24,000 bases of DNA from an uncultured Thermoplasmata archaeon (GCA_964630095.1 CAZVSZ010000001.1:2982-26981); one strand, 5' to 3'; counted from the stretch's first letter, positions 1 through 10,753 are shown. Made by a program: numbers and translations. The notes: a model not told the origin generated them from the sequence alone.

Positions 1-590
1 AAATATTCTCTCAAGGTATCCAGATTTACAAAATCATGTATTGCAGTGATACCATTTTTCAGAGCGTATTCTTGAGCATAATTGAAATTAGGTTTTCCAA
101 TCTTAAGTTTTTTCATTATTTTCTCAATTTCTTTTTCTCTTATTATTCCCTCTTCAATATCAATATTAAATTCTTTCATTGCCTTTGAATTAAGAACCCC
201 TAAATGCCCATCTTCCCTTATTAGAAATACTATCTTATTTTTGCAATAAGAATCAAGTTCCTCCCTGTTTAAATATTCTTTTTTCTCCCATATACTCTCA
301 TCCCAGCCACGACCGATTATTACTCTCCTTTTCCTGCATTCCTTTCCAATTATTTTCAAAACTTCATCTCTTTTCTTATTTGTCAGATCCAGAAAATCAT
401 GCATTAGAGCAATATTTATAAGATGTGTGTGTGAGTCGCAGAATCCCGGAAGAATTGTGGCTCCTTTCAAATCAATTCTTCTCGTAGATTCCGGTAAATT
501 CCCCTTCCCTATTTTCTCAATTTTGTTTCCTTTTATCAGAAGATATTCTGCATCTTCCCTTCCAAATATTTTTGCATTGTAGAGGAGCAT
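1..590 (-). CDS. amidohydrolase-superfamily metal-dependent hydrolase (N-terminal part; C-terminus lies beyond the window edge)
   Basis: Missing from the ORF track because it runs off the edge. A reverse-strand ATG at 590-588 opens a frame I read without stops to position 1: MLLYNAKIFGREDAEYLLIKGNKIEKIGKGNLPESTRRIDLKGATILPGFCDSHTHL... The ILPGFxDSHxH motif after a short beta-rich N-terminus is the classic amidohydrolase metal-binding signature (YtcJ/amidohydrolase-3-like). Confidence 0.7.
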   Translation of the reverse strand, partial: MLLYNAKIFGREDAEYLLIKGNKIEKIGKGNLPESTRRIDLKGATILPGFCDSHTHLINIALMHDFLDLTNKKRDEVLKIIGKECRKRRVIIGRGWDESIWEKKEYLNREELDSYCKNKIVFLIREDGHLGVLNSKAMKEFNIDIEEGIIREKEIEKIMKKLKIGKPNFNYAQEYALKNGITAIHDFVNLDTLREY

Positions 591-981
591 GGGGATTAAT
601 ACACAAAGATTATTAAATTTATTTTTTATCCGAATAAAGTGCCTTTATCTGTTTCTCTCTCAGAGGCAAAGGGGGAGAACTGTTGGATCAGCACCTGCTT
701 GAGGTTGTTGAAATATTCTATCAATTTCTGGCTTTATATTTATATGACCCGATGTATTTCATACTAAACTTCTTTTTTAAGATTTCTTTCAATTCTGGAT
801 ACAAAAATTCATTTGGAAAAGTTAATATTGATCTTTCAAGATGCCAAAATTTAACATCTTTCAAAATGCCAAATAATACCTTATCCTTTTCTTTGGATTT
901 TGCTTTTTTCCCCTTTTAAATCTATTGATAAGCCACCGAGCCGAATTTTGGACAACATAGAATATCCGAAATATATAAAAA

Positions 982-1587
982 TTATAAAAAGGGTGATACT
1001 GGTGATTTCTTATGCTGTCTCTCAATCATTGCCATGAGAAGAGCCCCGCCTAAAAGAACCCTTCTGTCAAAATTCTGTGGCATGTTGAGAACATTGACTT
1101 CCCAAATATCCCCAATAATTTTGAATTTCTGATTGATATTTGCCACCGGCTGACCATTGAGATACAGTGTCATCTTCTCAGGAACAAGTCCTCCACCAGG
1201 TGCATACTTTCTCACGAGACCACGTCCCTTCTTCTCCTCTATTTCTCCTACAAGAGCATTGTTTTTATCGTAGATGCTCCATGCATCCCAGGCGAATGTT
1301 GATAAGCCAACCTTTCTTTTTATGTATCCGAGGATTTCATTGGTTCTTGAGTCTATAACTGCAAATTTCCCCCATATATCAATAATCTGTGTTTGCTTTA
1401 TCCTGAATATTTCTTCTTTCATCTTCTCATCCTTGTAAATTCTTATATCCTCCTTCAGCTTGAACATCTTCTGCTTGCTGAATGCAAGCGTTTTTCCATT
1501 GGAATCTTCTATCCAGTACTTGTTGGTCAATGCGAGCACTTTCTTGCGAAGTCTGTAATAATTCTGATACCATATCGCTTCATTCAT
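982..1587 (-). CDS. LURP-one-related / YxjI-like (tubby C-terminal-like fold) family protein
   Basis: 201-aa ORF. The repeated beta-hairpin pattern (KYWIEDSNGKTLAFSKQKMFKLKEDIRIY..., FAVIDSRTNEILGYIKRK..., WSIYDKNNALVGEIEEK..., GDIWEVNV...DRRVLLGGALLMAMIE) matches my recollection of the LOR/YxjI family. No catalytic motif seen. Confidence 0.45.
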   Translation of the reverse strand: MNEAIWYQNYYRLRKKVLALTNKYWIEDSNGKTLAFSKQKMFKLKEDIRIYKDEKMKEEIFRIKQTQIIDIWGKFAVIDSRTNEILGYIKRKVGLSTFAWDAWSIYDKNNALVGEIEEKKGRGLVRKYAPGGGLVPEKMTLYLNGQPVANINQKFKIIGDIWEVNVLNMPQNFDRRVLLGGALLMAMIERQHKKSPVSPFL

Positions 1588-1681
1588 TATATCACCAAAG
1601 TGATAATAATCTCAAAGAATTTAAAATTTACCATCCTCTTCTCCTCCACAACTATTATTTATATGATTTCAATCTCCTCCT

Positions 1682-4957
<3,276 letters not shown>

Positions 4958-5027
4958 TCATGGTTCTCAATATAAAAAGCCTTCTCTCCCCAAAAAATTG
5001 TTATAGAAGTTGATATTATCCACATTC

Positions 5028-6263
5028 ATGGCAACGATAATTGAGAAGATTTTTAAGGAGCACACGAATGATGTTGTTGAGAGAGGAAGAATTGTCTGGC
5101 TCTCACTGGATATAATAACTGCAAGGGAATTTGGTGGACCCAATGTTGTAAAGAATCTCATTGAGAATTTTCACGATTATAAAGTTGCAAAGAGAAATGC
5201 GACTTTTTTCACATTTGATTTGAGTGTTCCTGCAAAAACATTGAAATATGCAAAGGCTCAGGATACATGCAGAAAATTCGCAAAAAAGGCGGGGATAAAA
5301 GTATTTGATATAAATCAGGGAATTGGAACACATGTCCTCATAGACCGTGGAATAATAAAGCCAGGGATGACTGCTGTTGGCACCGACTCTCATTACAACA
5401 TTCTTGGTGCTGTAGGAGCATTTGGTCAAGGAATGGGAGATAAGGATATAGCGTTTGCCTTTAGAACAGGAAAAACATGGTTTGAAGTGCCAGAAACCAT
5501 AAAAATAAATGTTGATGGTAAATACAATTTTCCTTCTGTTGCGAGAGATTTAACATTCAAGGTGATGGGAACACTTGGTCCCTCTGGAGCCTTGGGAATG
5601 GCAATTGAATATTATGGTGATGCCATTGAGGATTTGAGTATTGATGCCAGAATTACCCTCGCCTCTCAAACGACAGAGATGGGTGGTATTGTTGGGTTTT
5701 TGCCAGTAGACTCCAAACTCAAGAAATTCTACAGGGATAAAAAAATTGAAATAGGGGAGATAAAAGCGGACAAAGATGCAGAATATCGGGATGAGATAAA
5801 TATAGATGTAAACAACTTGGAGCCTATGATTGCAGTTCCACCAAATCCATGTAATGTTCATCCCGCTGTGGAATATGAGGGCATGGAGATTGATGGGGCA
5901 TTTATAGGCTCATGCACCAATGGCAGATATGAAGATTTGTTTATGGCTGCCAAGATTCTCAGGGGAAAAAAGGTGAAAGTTCCCCTCATAATAACTCCCA
6001 CAACAAGGGATGTCTGGATTAAAGCAATAAGAGAAGGATTATGGAATATATTTGCAGAAGCAGGTGCAGTGCTAACAAACCCCGGGTGTGGTGGCTGCGC
6101 CGAAGGAATGCCGGGGCTGATTGGCGATGAAATATACTTGAGCACAACAAATCGCAATTACCCCGGAAAGCAGGGACCCGGAAAATTGTATCTTGTCTCT
6201 CCTGTTATTGCAGCTGCAAGTGCAATAAAGGGAAAGGTTACAATTCCTGATTCAGATTCATAA
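5028..6263 (+). CDS. aconitase-superfamily dehydratase large subunit (LeuC/HacA-like, divergent)
   Basis: The track ORF starts at a TTG (5010). I prefer the ATG at 5028 (MATIIEKIFKEH), which lies ~25 nt after a TATA-like TTATAGAA. Family motifs present: GTDSHYN (canonical DSHT), GSCTNGRYEDL and NPGCGGC Fe-S cysteine ligands, and STTNRNYPGK. Confidence 0.75.
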   Translation: MATIIEKIFKEHTNDVVERGRIVWLSLDIITAREFGGPNVVKNLIENFHDYKVAKRNATFFTFDLSVPAKTLKYAKAQDTCRKFAKKAGIKVFDINQGIGTHVLIDRGIIKPGMTAVGTDSHYNILGAVGAFGQGMGDKDIAFAFRTGKTWFEVPETIKINVDGKYNFPSVARDLTFKVMGTLGPSGALGMAIEYYGDAIEDLSIDARITLASQTTEMGGIVGFLPVDSKLKKFYRDKKIEIGEIKADKDAEYRDEINIDVNNLEPMIAVPPNPCNVHPAVEYEGMEIDGAFIGSCTNGRYEDLFMAAKILRGKKVKVPLIITPTTRDVWIKAIREGLWNIFAEAGAVLTNPGCGGCAEGMPGLIGDEIYLSTTNRNYPGKQGPGKLYLVSPVIAAASAIKGKVTIPDSDS

Positions 6264-7251
6264 TTATTTCTTCAATTATTTTCCTTTTTGCGTCCGTCCT
6301 GATTCCCTGAGATGAGAATTGAGTTTTATATGCCTCATATCCCATATTTTTTAATTCGTCAATTATTCTTCCTGGCGATGGTGTTGAGCATTTCAATTCA
6401 CTTGCAATCTTCGGGATATAATAAAAAAGAAAAAATTTCTCATTTTTCCAGATTTCAAGATATTTTTTTATTTTTTTCTTCTCTAAAAGCCATTCTGGAA
6501 TCCTTGCACTACTCAAAAATTCAAAATCATGGATGTTAGAGAGCCATAGAGGACCACCAAGTTCGCATTTTCCAATGCTTTTCATAGTTTCTCTTGCTCT
6601 CGTAACTCCTCTCAAAACACGGATATAAACACGGTAAAAATGCCCGTGCCATATACTGAAAACTGGTTTTATTCCCAAATCAAATCTTGCAGCCATCCTG
6701 CCGATATATCCAAGGAGAACACGAATTCCAATTTCATGAGATAAGGGAGATTCGGAATGAATATCCGCAAGATACCTTCTTTTAACTCTCTCATTCCTTC
6801 CTCCAAGAGTTGCTGTATCTGTTGCAGTTATTCCCGCTATATTTGATGAGCGTATTGCAGAATCAATGAAATATACAGGACTTCCAAATGGGTCAATATC
6901 CACATAATCGTATTTTCTCTCAGATAGGATTGAATTGACATCTCTGTTTGTTATTTCAACATCCAAATTATTTATCTTTGCATTTTTTCTTATTATTTCA
7001 ACTGCCTTCCTGTTTATATCGTTGAGCGTTACTTCTTCCACATCATTCTCTTTTTTTATTCTCAATCCTCTTATTCCTGTGGCTGCAAGCCCATCTAAAG
7101 AGTTTTTCACATTCAGATTATGCAATAAAAATACAGTTGAATCCCTGTTAACTACCATAGCCCTATTATAAAATACCCCCTCAATCTTCCCGGGACCTTT
7201 TAAATTTATATTTGGCGCAAAAATCTTTATCATACCTTCTTCAACTATCAA
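6238..7251 (-). CDS. trm1: tRNA (guanine26-N2)-dimethyltransferase
   Basis: 337 aa. N-terminal EEG...FYNRAMVVNRD, SAM-binding LDGLAATGIRGLR and catalytic DIDPFGSP match archaeal Trm1. The TTG start overlaps the upstream gene's TGA stop (TTGA), suggesting translational coupling. The 3' end overlaps the convergent LeuC-like gene by 26 nt. Confidence 0.85.
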   Translation of the reverse strand: MIVEEGMIKIFAPNINLKGPGKIEGVFYNRAMVVNRDSTVFLLHNLNVKNSLDGLAATGIRGLRIKKENDVEEVTLNDINRKAVEIIRKNAKINNLDVEITNRDVNSILSERKYDYVDIDPFGSPVYFIDSAIRSSNIAGITATDTATLGGRNERVKRRYLADIHSESPLSHEIGIRVLLGYIGRMAARFDLGIKPVFSIWHGHFYRVYIRVLRGVTRARETMKSIGKCELGGPLWLSNIHDFEFLSSARIPEWLLEKKKIKKYLEIWKNEKFFLFYYIPKIASELKCSTPSPGRIIDELKNMGYEAYKTQFSSQGIRTDAKRKIIEEIIMNLNQEL

Positions 7252-7787
7252 ATCTGCTCCCCTTTTATAAGTTTGACTATCTTAAACGGCAAAAGATTCC
7301 TGTTTATGGGAGTGACTTCAAGCATTCTTATATCGTCCCTTCTCCTAATTTCCTGCAAAAGTGGGTTTCTTGATTTTTTGTGAAGAGTGATTATGAGATG
7401 CTTATCCATGTCCAGAATATCACGAACCATATTTACAAATCTCTTACTCTCAACTTCCATCTTGCCAATTTCATCTATGACTATAATATCTGCCTTCTCC
7501 ACAGCATCTTCTAAAGCTTTCAATCCGACTTCCTCAAGAACTTCAACTTTAATTCCATATTTTCCAACATGCTTCTTACTTTCAAAATCCTTATGTGCAA
7601 AAATCTTCTTTGTTTTGTTCATCCAATCGTACACATAAAATCCCACCCTTCTGTTCCTCTCCTTTACCTCTTCAGTTATCATTCCCCCTACAACATAACC
7701 TTCCTCTTCAAGAATATTTATGGTCTTTATTAATGTTGTCGTCTTTCCAACTCCCGGTAATCCACTTAACCCGATTTTAACATACAT
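7248..7787 (-). CDS. nucleoside-triphosphatase, THEP1 type (COG1618-like)
   Basis: P-loop GLPGVGKTT at the extreme N-terminus, Walker B IIVIDEIGKME, ~180 aa. The track start is a TTG at 7793. The ATG at 7787 (MYVKIGLSGLPGVGKTT) fits the family better and sits 2 nt after the mptD stop. Confidence 0.75.
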   Translation of the reverse strand: MYVKIGLSGLPGVGKTTTLIKTINILEEEGYVVGGMITEEVKERNRRVGFYVYDWMNKTKKIFAHKDFESKKHVGKYGIKVEVLEEVGLKALEDAVEKADIIVIDEIGKMEVESKRFVNMVRDILDMDKHLIITLHKKSRNPLLQEIRRRDDIRMLEVTPINRNLLPFKIVKLIKGEQI

Positions 7788-7789
7788 CT

Positions 7790-8179
7790 TCAATCCCCCC
7801 CATCTTTTATTTCTTTGATATACATAAGGGGATAATCAATCTCCTCTATGTATTCAAGTTTGCATATTGCAATCTTATTCTCGTATTGAACCTCCAGATC
7901 AATATCAAGCATATCCCCATGCAATGTCAGATATTTGTAAAATCCCTGCCTCTTTTTTATTCTCCTCCTGTCTATCTTGACCTTTGCATCCCTTACAAAC
8001 GGCTGAACTTTTATGCTTTCCTCTATCGCCTTCTCAAGAGTATCAACATTCTCTAAACTCAAAGGTGCGCCAACAAATTGGTGATACACCGTCCCTAACT
8101 TTATTCCCGCTTCAAATGCAGCCCTTTCTGAAGAAGAGCACTTGAAATACTTCTTTGCTAGATCCTTTTTCCGATACAT
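7790..8179 (-). CDS. mptD: archaeal-type dihydroneopterin aldolase (MptD family)
   Basis: 129 aa. ERAAFEAGIKLGTVYHQFVGAPLS...LEKAIEESIKVQPFV...LTLHGDML...YPLMYI closely matches my memory of the Methanocaldococcus MptD family (COG2098). Confidence 0.55.
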   Translation of the reverse strand: MYRKKDLAKKYFKCSSSERAAFEAGIKLGTVYHQFVGAPLSLENVDTLEKAIEESIKVQPFVRDAKVKIDRRRIKKRQGFYKYLTLHGDMLDIDLEVQYENKIAICKLEYIEEIDYPLMYIKEIKDGGD

Positions 8180-8323
8180 ATTTAGAGGGGGGTATGTAAT
8201 ACACCAATATTATTATTTTCATCTAAAAGGTAAAGTCCGTAGGAATTCTCAATTTTATCTCTGAGAAGAATATCTCTTACATTTTCCATATCTGTTCATA
8301 ACCTCAATTTATTTTAATTTTTC

Positions 8324-8665
8324 TTACAATGAGAGAACCTCATCTGGATTTTCTATCCACATTCTCACATATGAATTTATTCCAGCCAGCTCTCTTTCCA
8401 CAGGTATGTCCTGCATTGCAGAAATAAAAATAAGGGAAATTAAATGAGTTCTTGCTGGAGCTTTCCATTCCTTGCCGCCTGCACTCTTTATGCCCTCTGC
8501 AAGTGCCATTAGCTGATTCTCCACATATTCACTAATCCACCCTACCTTTGTGTAATACCTGAGAAGATTTTTAAGGCTCTCGTGATTTACTTGCTGAAGT
8601 AGGTAACTGAGCCACTTCACCGCAAGCACCTGTGTTTTCACATCATCATTTATTCTCTCCAACAT
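8324..8665 (-). CDS. flaE: archaellum accessory protein, stand-alone FlaD/FlaE (ArlD/E) domain
   Basis: 113 aa. It aligns with the C-terminal half of the 330-aa ORF at 9693-10676: WLSYLLQQVNHESLKNLLRYYTKVGWISEYVENQLMALAEG versus WIEFLFERVKRDKITLLLDYYVDIGWISREVKSEIMAYARG, and HLISLIFISAM versus HLKSLLFIMKI. This is the Arch_fla_DE-type domain. It starts 9 nt downstream of an archaellin gene. Confidence 0.7.
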   Translation of the reverse strand: MLERINDDVKTQVLAVKWLSYLLQQVNHESLKNLLRYYTKVGWISEYVENQLMALAEGIKSAGGKEWKAPARTHLISLIFISAMQDIPVERELAGINSYVRMWIENPDEVLSL

Positions 8666-8674
8666 TTTTCTCCC

Positions 8675-9541
8675 TCACAGAGAAATATACTTGGTTGTGT
8701 ATGTTGAGGGTGTGGTGAATTCTACAAGAGTGGGTGTCCCATGCTTGGGTATGAATTTTATCATTGTATCTGTTTGAGGCTCTAAATTGAGGCCTACCGC
8801 ACTGGCATTGATGTATATTCTCAAAACATCCCCTGCGGTTATCACACCATCTCTTTCCCAATTCATCGGTGGCATATCTCTTGCAATTACAGCCCCGAAA
8901 TGTTCTCCATCAAGCACCGAATAATTTGTTGCTGAGGCATTGTAAGTGAGTGTGGCGTCTGTGAATCCATCACTTATTTCAATAAGAACGCTATCTATGG
9001 CAATTGGTGGACTTCCAGCCATTAATCCAACCTTTATGTCAAGATAAGATATTGTTCTTTTGTATCCTGAGCCGTAAATTGCAGTAATCGTGGTTCCTCC
9101 TGATGGAGCTGTGGAATATTCAAGATGCACCGTTCCATTATCATATCCAACCCAACCGGATACACCAGAACCTGAAATTAACACAAGATTCCCTGTGCCA
9201 TCATCAACAAGCACATTAGTTCCATCAGTGATTCTTAATGAGTGAGGATTTATGGGGTGGTGAGACATCACATGTTCAAATACCCTTGTGCTACCGTCTC
9301 CTGTTCCTATTGTTTCTGTGTATTTCACATCTTCTCTAACTCCCTGAACCGTTATAACTTTGAATCCTGTGGAGACATCCTGCTGAGCAATCTCTCCTGT
9401 TTTCACTGCCTGCTGCTGCAGCTGGTATGCTGTCTGTATCAGCACGGTTGCGGCAACGGCAGCCACGATAATCATGGCTATGAGGATTATCAGAGTGCCT
9501 ATACCGAATTCGCCTTTTTCCTTGAAATACATTTTTCTCAT
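8675..9541 (-). CDS. flaB: archaellin (FlaB/ArlB) with ~95-aa internal insertion
   Basis: Class III signal peptide and hydrophobic helix [45 protein letters not shown]. The C-terminal archaellin core (IKVGLMAGSPPIAIDSVLIEISDG...LNLEPQTDTMIKFIPKHGTPT) is collinear with the 204-aa paralogue. An extra segment at aa ~69-163 has no counterpart there. AGGAG lies 9 nt upstream of the ATG. Confidence 0.9.
   Translation of the reverse strand: MRKMYFKEKGEFGIGTLIILIAMIIVAAVAATVLIQTAYQLQQQAVKTGEIAQQDVSTGFKVITVQGVREDVKYTETIGTGDGSTRVFEHVMSHHPINPHSLRITDGTNVLVDDGTGNLVLISGSGVSGWVGYDNGTVHLEYSTAPSGGTTITAIYGSGYKRTISYLDIKVGLMAGSPPIAIDSVLIEISDGFTDATLTYNASATNYSVLDGEHFGAVIARDMPPMNWERDGVITAGDVLRIYINASAVGLNLEPQTDTMIKFIPKHGTPTLVEFTTPSTYTTKYISL
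9406..9523 (-). repeat. 118-nt segment 94% identical to 11230-11347 (archaellin N-terminal helix coding region)
   Basis: Manual base-by-base alignment gives 111/118 identical. The flanking coding sequence of the two genes is much more diverged. Confidence 0.85.
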
Positions 9542-9580
9542 TTTTATTTCTCCTGAGAGAGGCCCGTACCCACAGGTGAT

Positions 9581-9588
9581 AATATATA
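9581..9588 (-). promoter_or_regulatory. candidate TATA box for the 288-aa archaellin gene
   Basis: The minus strand reads ACTATATATTATC about 40-50 nt upstream of the ATG at 9541. This would give a ~15-20 nt leader containing AGGAG. Confidence 0.35.
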
Positions 9589-9590
9589 GT

Positions 9591-9610
9591 TGTTCTCATA
9601 TCTGAGAACA
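9591..9610. promoter_or_regulatory. perfect 8-4-8 palindrome TGTTCTCA-TATC-TGAGAACA abutting the candidate TATA box
   Basis: Read directly: tgttctcatatctgagaaca. The arms are exact reverse complements. It lies immediately upstream (BRE side) of the TATATATT element. Confidence 0.6.
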
Positions 9611-9675
9611 ATCAATGATACTCATTGAAATTTTAAATAAGTTTTTATGTGGGTATCCAAAAAGAAACAAATCAC

Positions 9676-9692
9676 AAAAAAATTGTAAAAAA
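9676..9692 (-). terminator. oligo-T terminator candidate after the flaC/D/E gene
   Basis: The minus strand directly after the TAA stop (9693-9695) reads TTTTTTACAATTTTTTT. Oligo-T tracts are the usual archaeal intrinsic termination signal. Confidence 0.4.
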
Positions 9693-10676
9693 TTATACCC
9701 CATGGTATTCCCATAGGGATTTCTTGAACTTTTCAATCTCCTGTTCTAGGGAATTCAGAGTATCCTTATTAATCTCAATTCCTGCTATTTTCATAATGAA
9801 TAGCAGGGATTTCAGATGGTCCTCTGCACTCAGTCTCCAGTCATCTACTTTCTTGTAAATCTTGGGTGAAGGCGGCTTTATTGTTCCCTTCGGTGTTTCA
9901 ATCTCTGCTTCAATTTCCTCTTCTGGGAAATACCTTGTTACATCCTGAACTTCACCTCTCGCATATGCCATTATCTCAGATTTCACTTCTCTGCTTATCC
10001 AGCCAATGTCCACATAGTAATCCAGTAGCAAGGTAATCTTATCTCTTTTCACTCTTTCAAACAGGAACTCAATCCACCGCATAAGCAGAACTATTGTGTA
10101 GTAATCTTTTTTAATTTGGGTAAGAATTGGTGTACCAATTTTCTCTCTTTTCTCTGGCCTTGTAGGTGGTGGTTGTGCAATGGGGAGGTGAAACTCCTCT
10201 TCCACACTCTCCTTCTCTTTTTCTCCAGATTCTATATTCATAGCATTCTCTGGGATGAGTGGTTCATCCGTGGGTAATTTGGTGGGGAACTCTGAAGATT
10301 TTTCATCCATGTTTATGAATGGATTTATTTTCTGTGAAACTACCTCGTATATATCAAGCAATCTCTTTATATTGTCCTGTGATTCTTCATTGAGTTTTCG
10401 GAGCTCTGAAATCTCATTTTCCAATGAACCTATGAGTGAATCATGTCTTTCAATCTTGGACTGTAACTCATCAATTCTCCTTGATAAATCATCTATTTTT
10501 TCTGTGAGATCGTCTATTCCTGTGCCCTTGAGAGCATCACTGAGTATGTTCTGAAAATCATTTTCGTCCACTATTGTCTCTGATACCCCCTCCTGAGGGG
10601 ACTCAGTCATCTCTGATTCTTTCGTATCTTTCTTTTTTCTCGCTTTTTTCCTTTTTTTCTTAAACAACCCTGCCAT
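9693..10676 (-). CDS. flaD: archaellum accessory protein FlaC/D/E-type fusion (Lys-rich N-terminus, coiled coil, acidic linker, FlaD/E domain)
   Basis: The track ORF begins at a GTG (10685). I prefer the ATG at 10676 (MAGLFKKKRKK), preceded by AGGAGGTGA. It has coiled-coil heptads (LTEKIDDLSRRIDELQSKIERHDSLIGSLENEISELRKLNEE) and a C-terminal Arch_fla_DE-like domain (LLMRWIEFLFERV...YYVDIGWISREVKSEIMAYARG...HLKSLLFIMKIAG). Confidence 0.75.
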   Translation of the reverse strand: MAGLFKKKRKKARKKKDTKESEMTESPQEGVSETIVDENDFQNILSDALKGTGIDDLTEKIDDLSRRIDELQSKIERHDSLIGSLENEISELRKLNEESQDNIKRLLDIYEVVSQKINPFINMDEKSSEFPTKLPTDEPLIPENAMNIESGEKEKESVEEEFHLPIAQPPPTRPEKREKIGTPILTQIKKDYYTIVLLMRWIEFLFERVKRDKITLLLDYYVDIGWISREVKSEIMAYARGEVQDVTRYFPEEEIEAEIETPKGTIKPPSPKIYKKVDDWRLSAEDHLKSLLFIMKIAGIEINKDTLNSLEQEIEKFKKSLWEYHGV

Positions 10677-10716
10677 TTTTCTCACCTCCTTTGTGTTGTC
10701 AGTGGTTCATTGTTTT

Positions 10717-10736
10717 TGCTGTACAATGCTGTACAA
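10717..10736. repeat. perfect tandem 10-bp direct repeat TGCTGTACAA x2 (two TGTACA palindromes one helical turn apart)
   Basis: Read directly: tgctgtacaatgctgtacaa. It lies between the archaellin-204 stop (10754) and the flaC/D/E ATG (10676). Confidence 0.8.
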
Positions 10737-10750
10737 AGAAAAAATAAGAG
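10735..10750 (-). terminator. oligo-T tract directly after the archaellin-204 stop codon
   Basis: The minus strand after the TAA reads CCTCTCTTATTTTTTCTTT. Partial termination after major archaellin genes is known in fla operons. The same tract could instead serve as a weak TATA element for flaC/D/E. Confidence 0.35.
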
Positions 10751-10753
10751 AGG

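Noticed and set aside
683-919. 78-aa plus-strand ORF from the track
   Set aside because: It starts at a TTG, has a Phe/Leu/Asn-rich low-complexity composition typical of AT-rich non-coding DNA, and has no SD or recognisable motif. I treat it as spurious.
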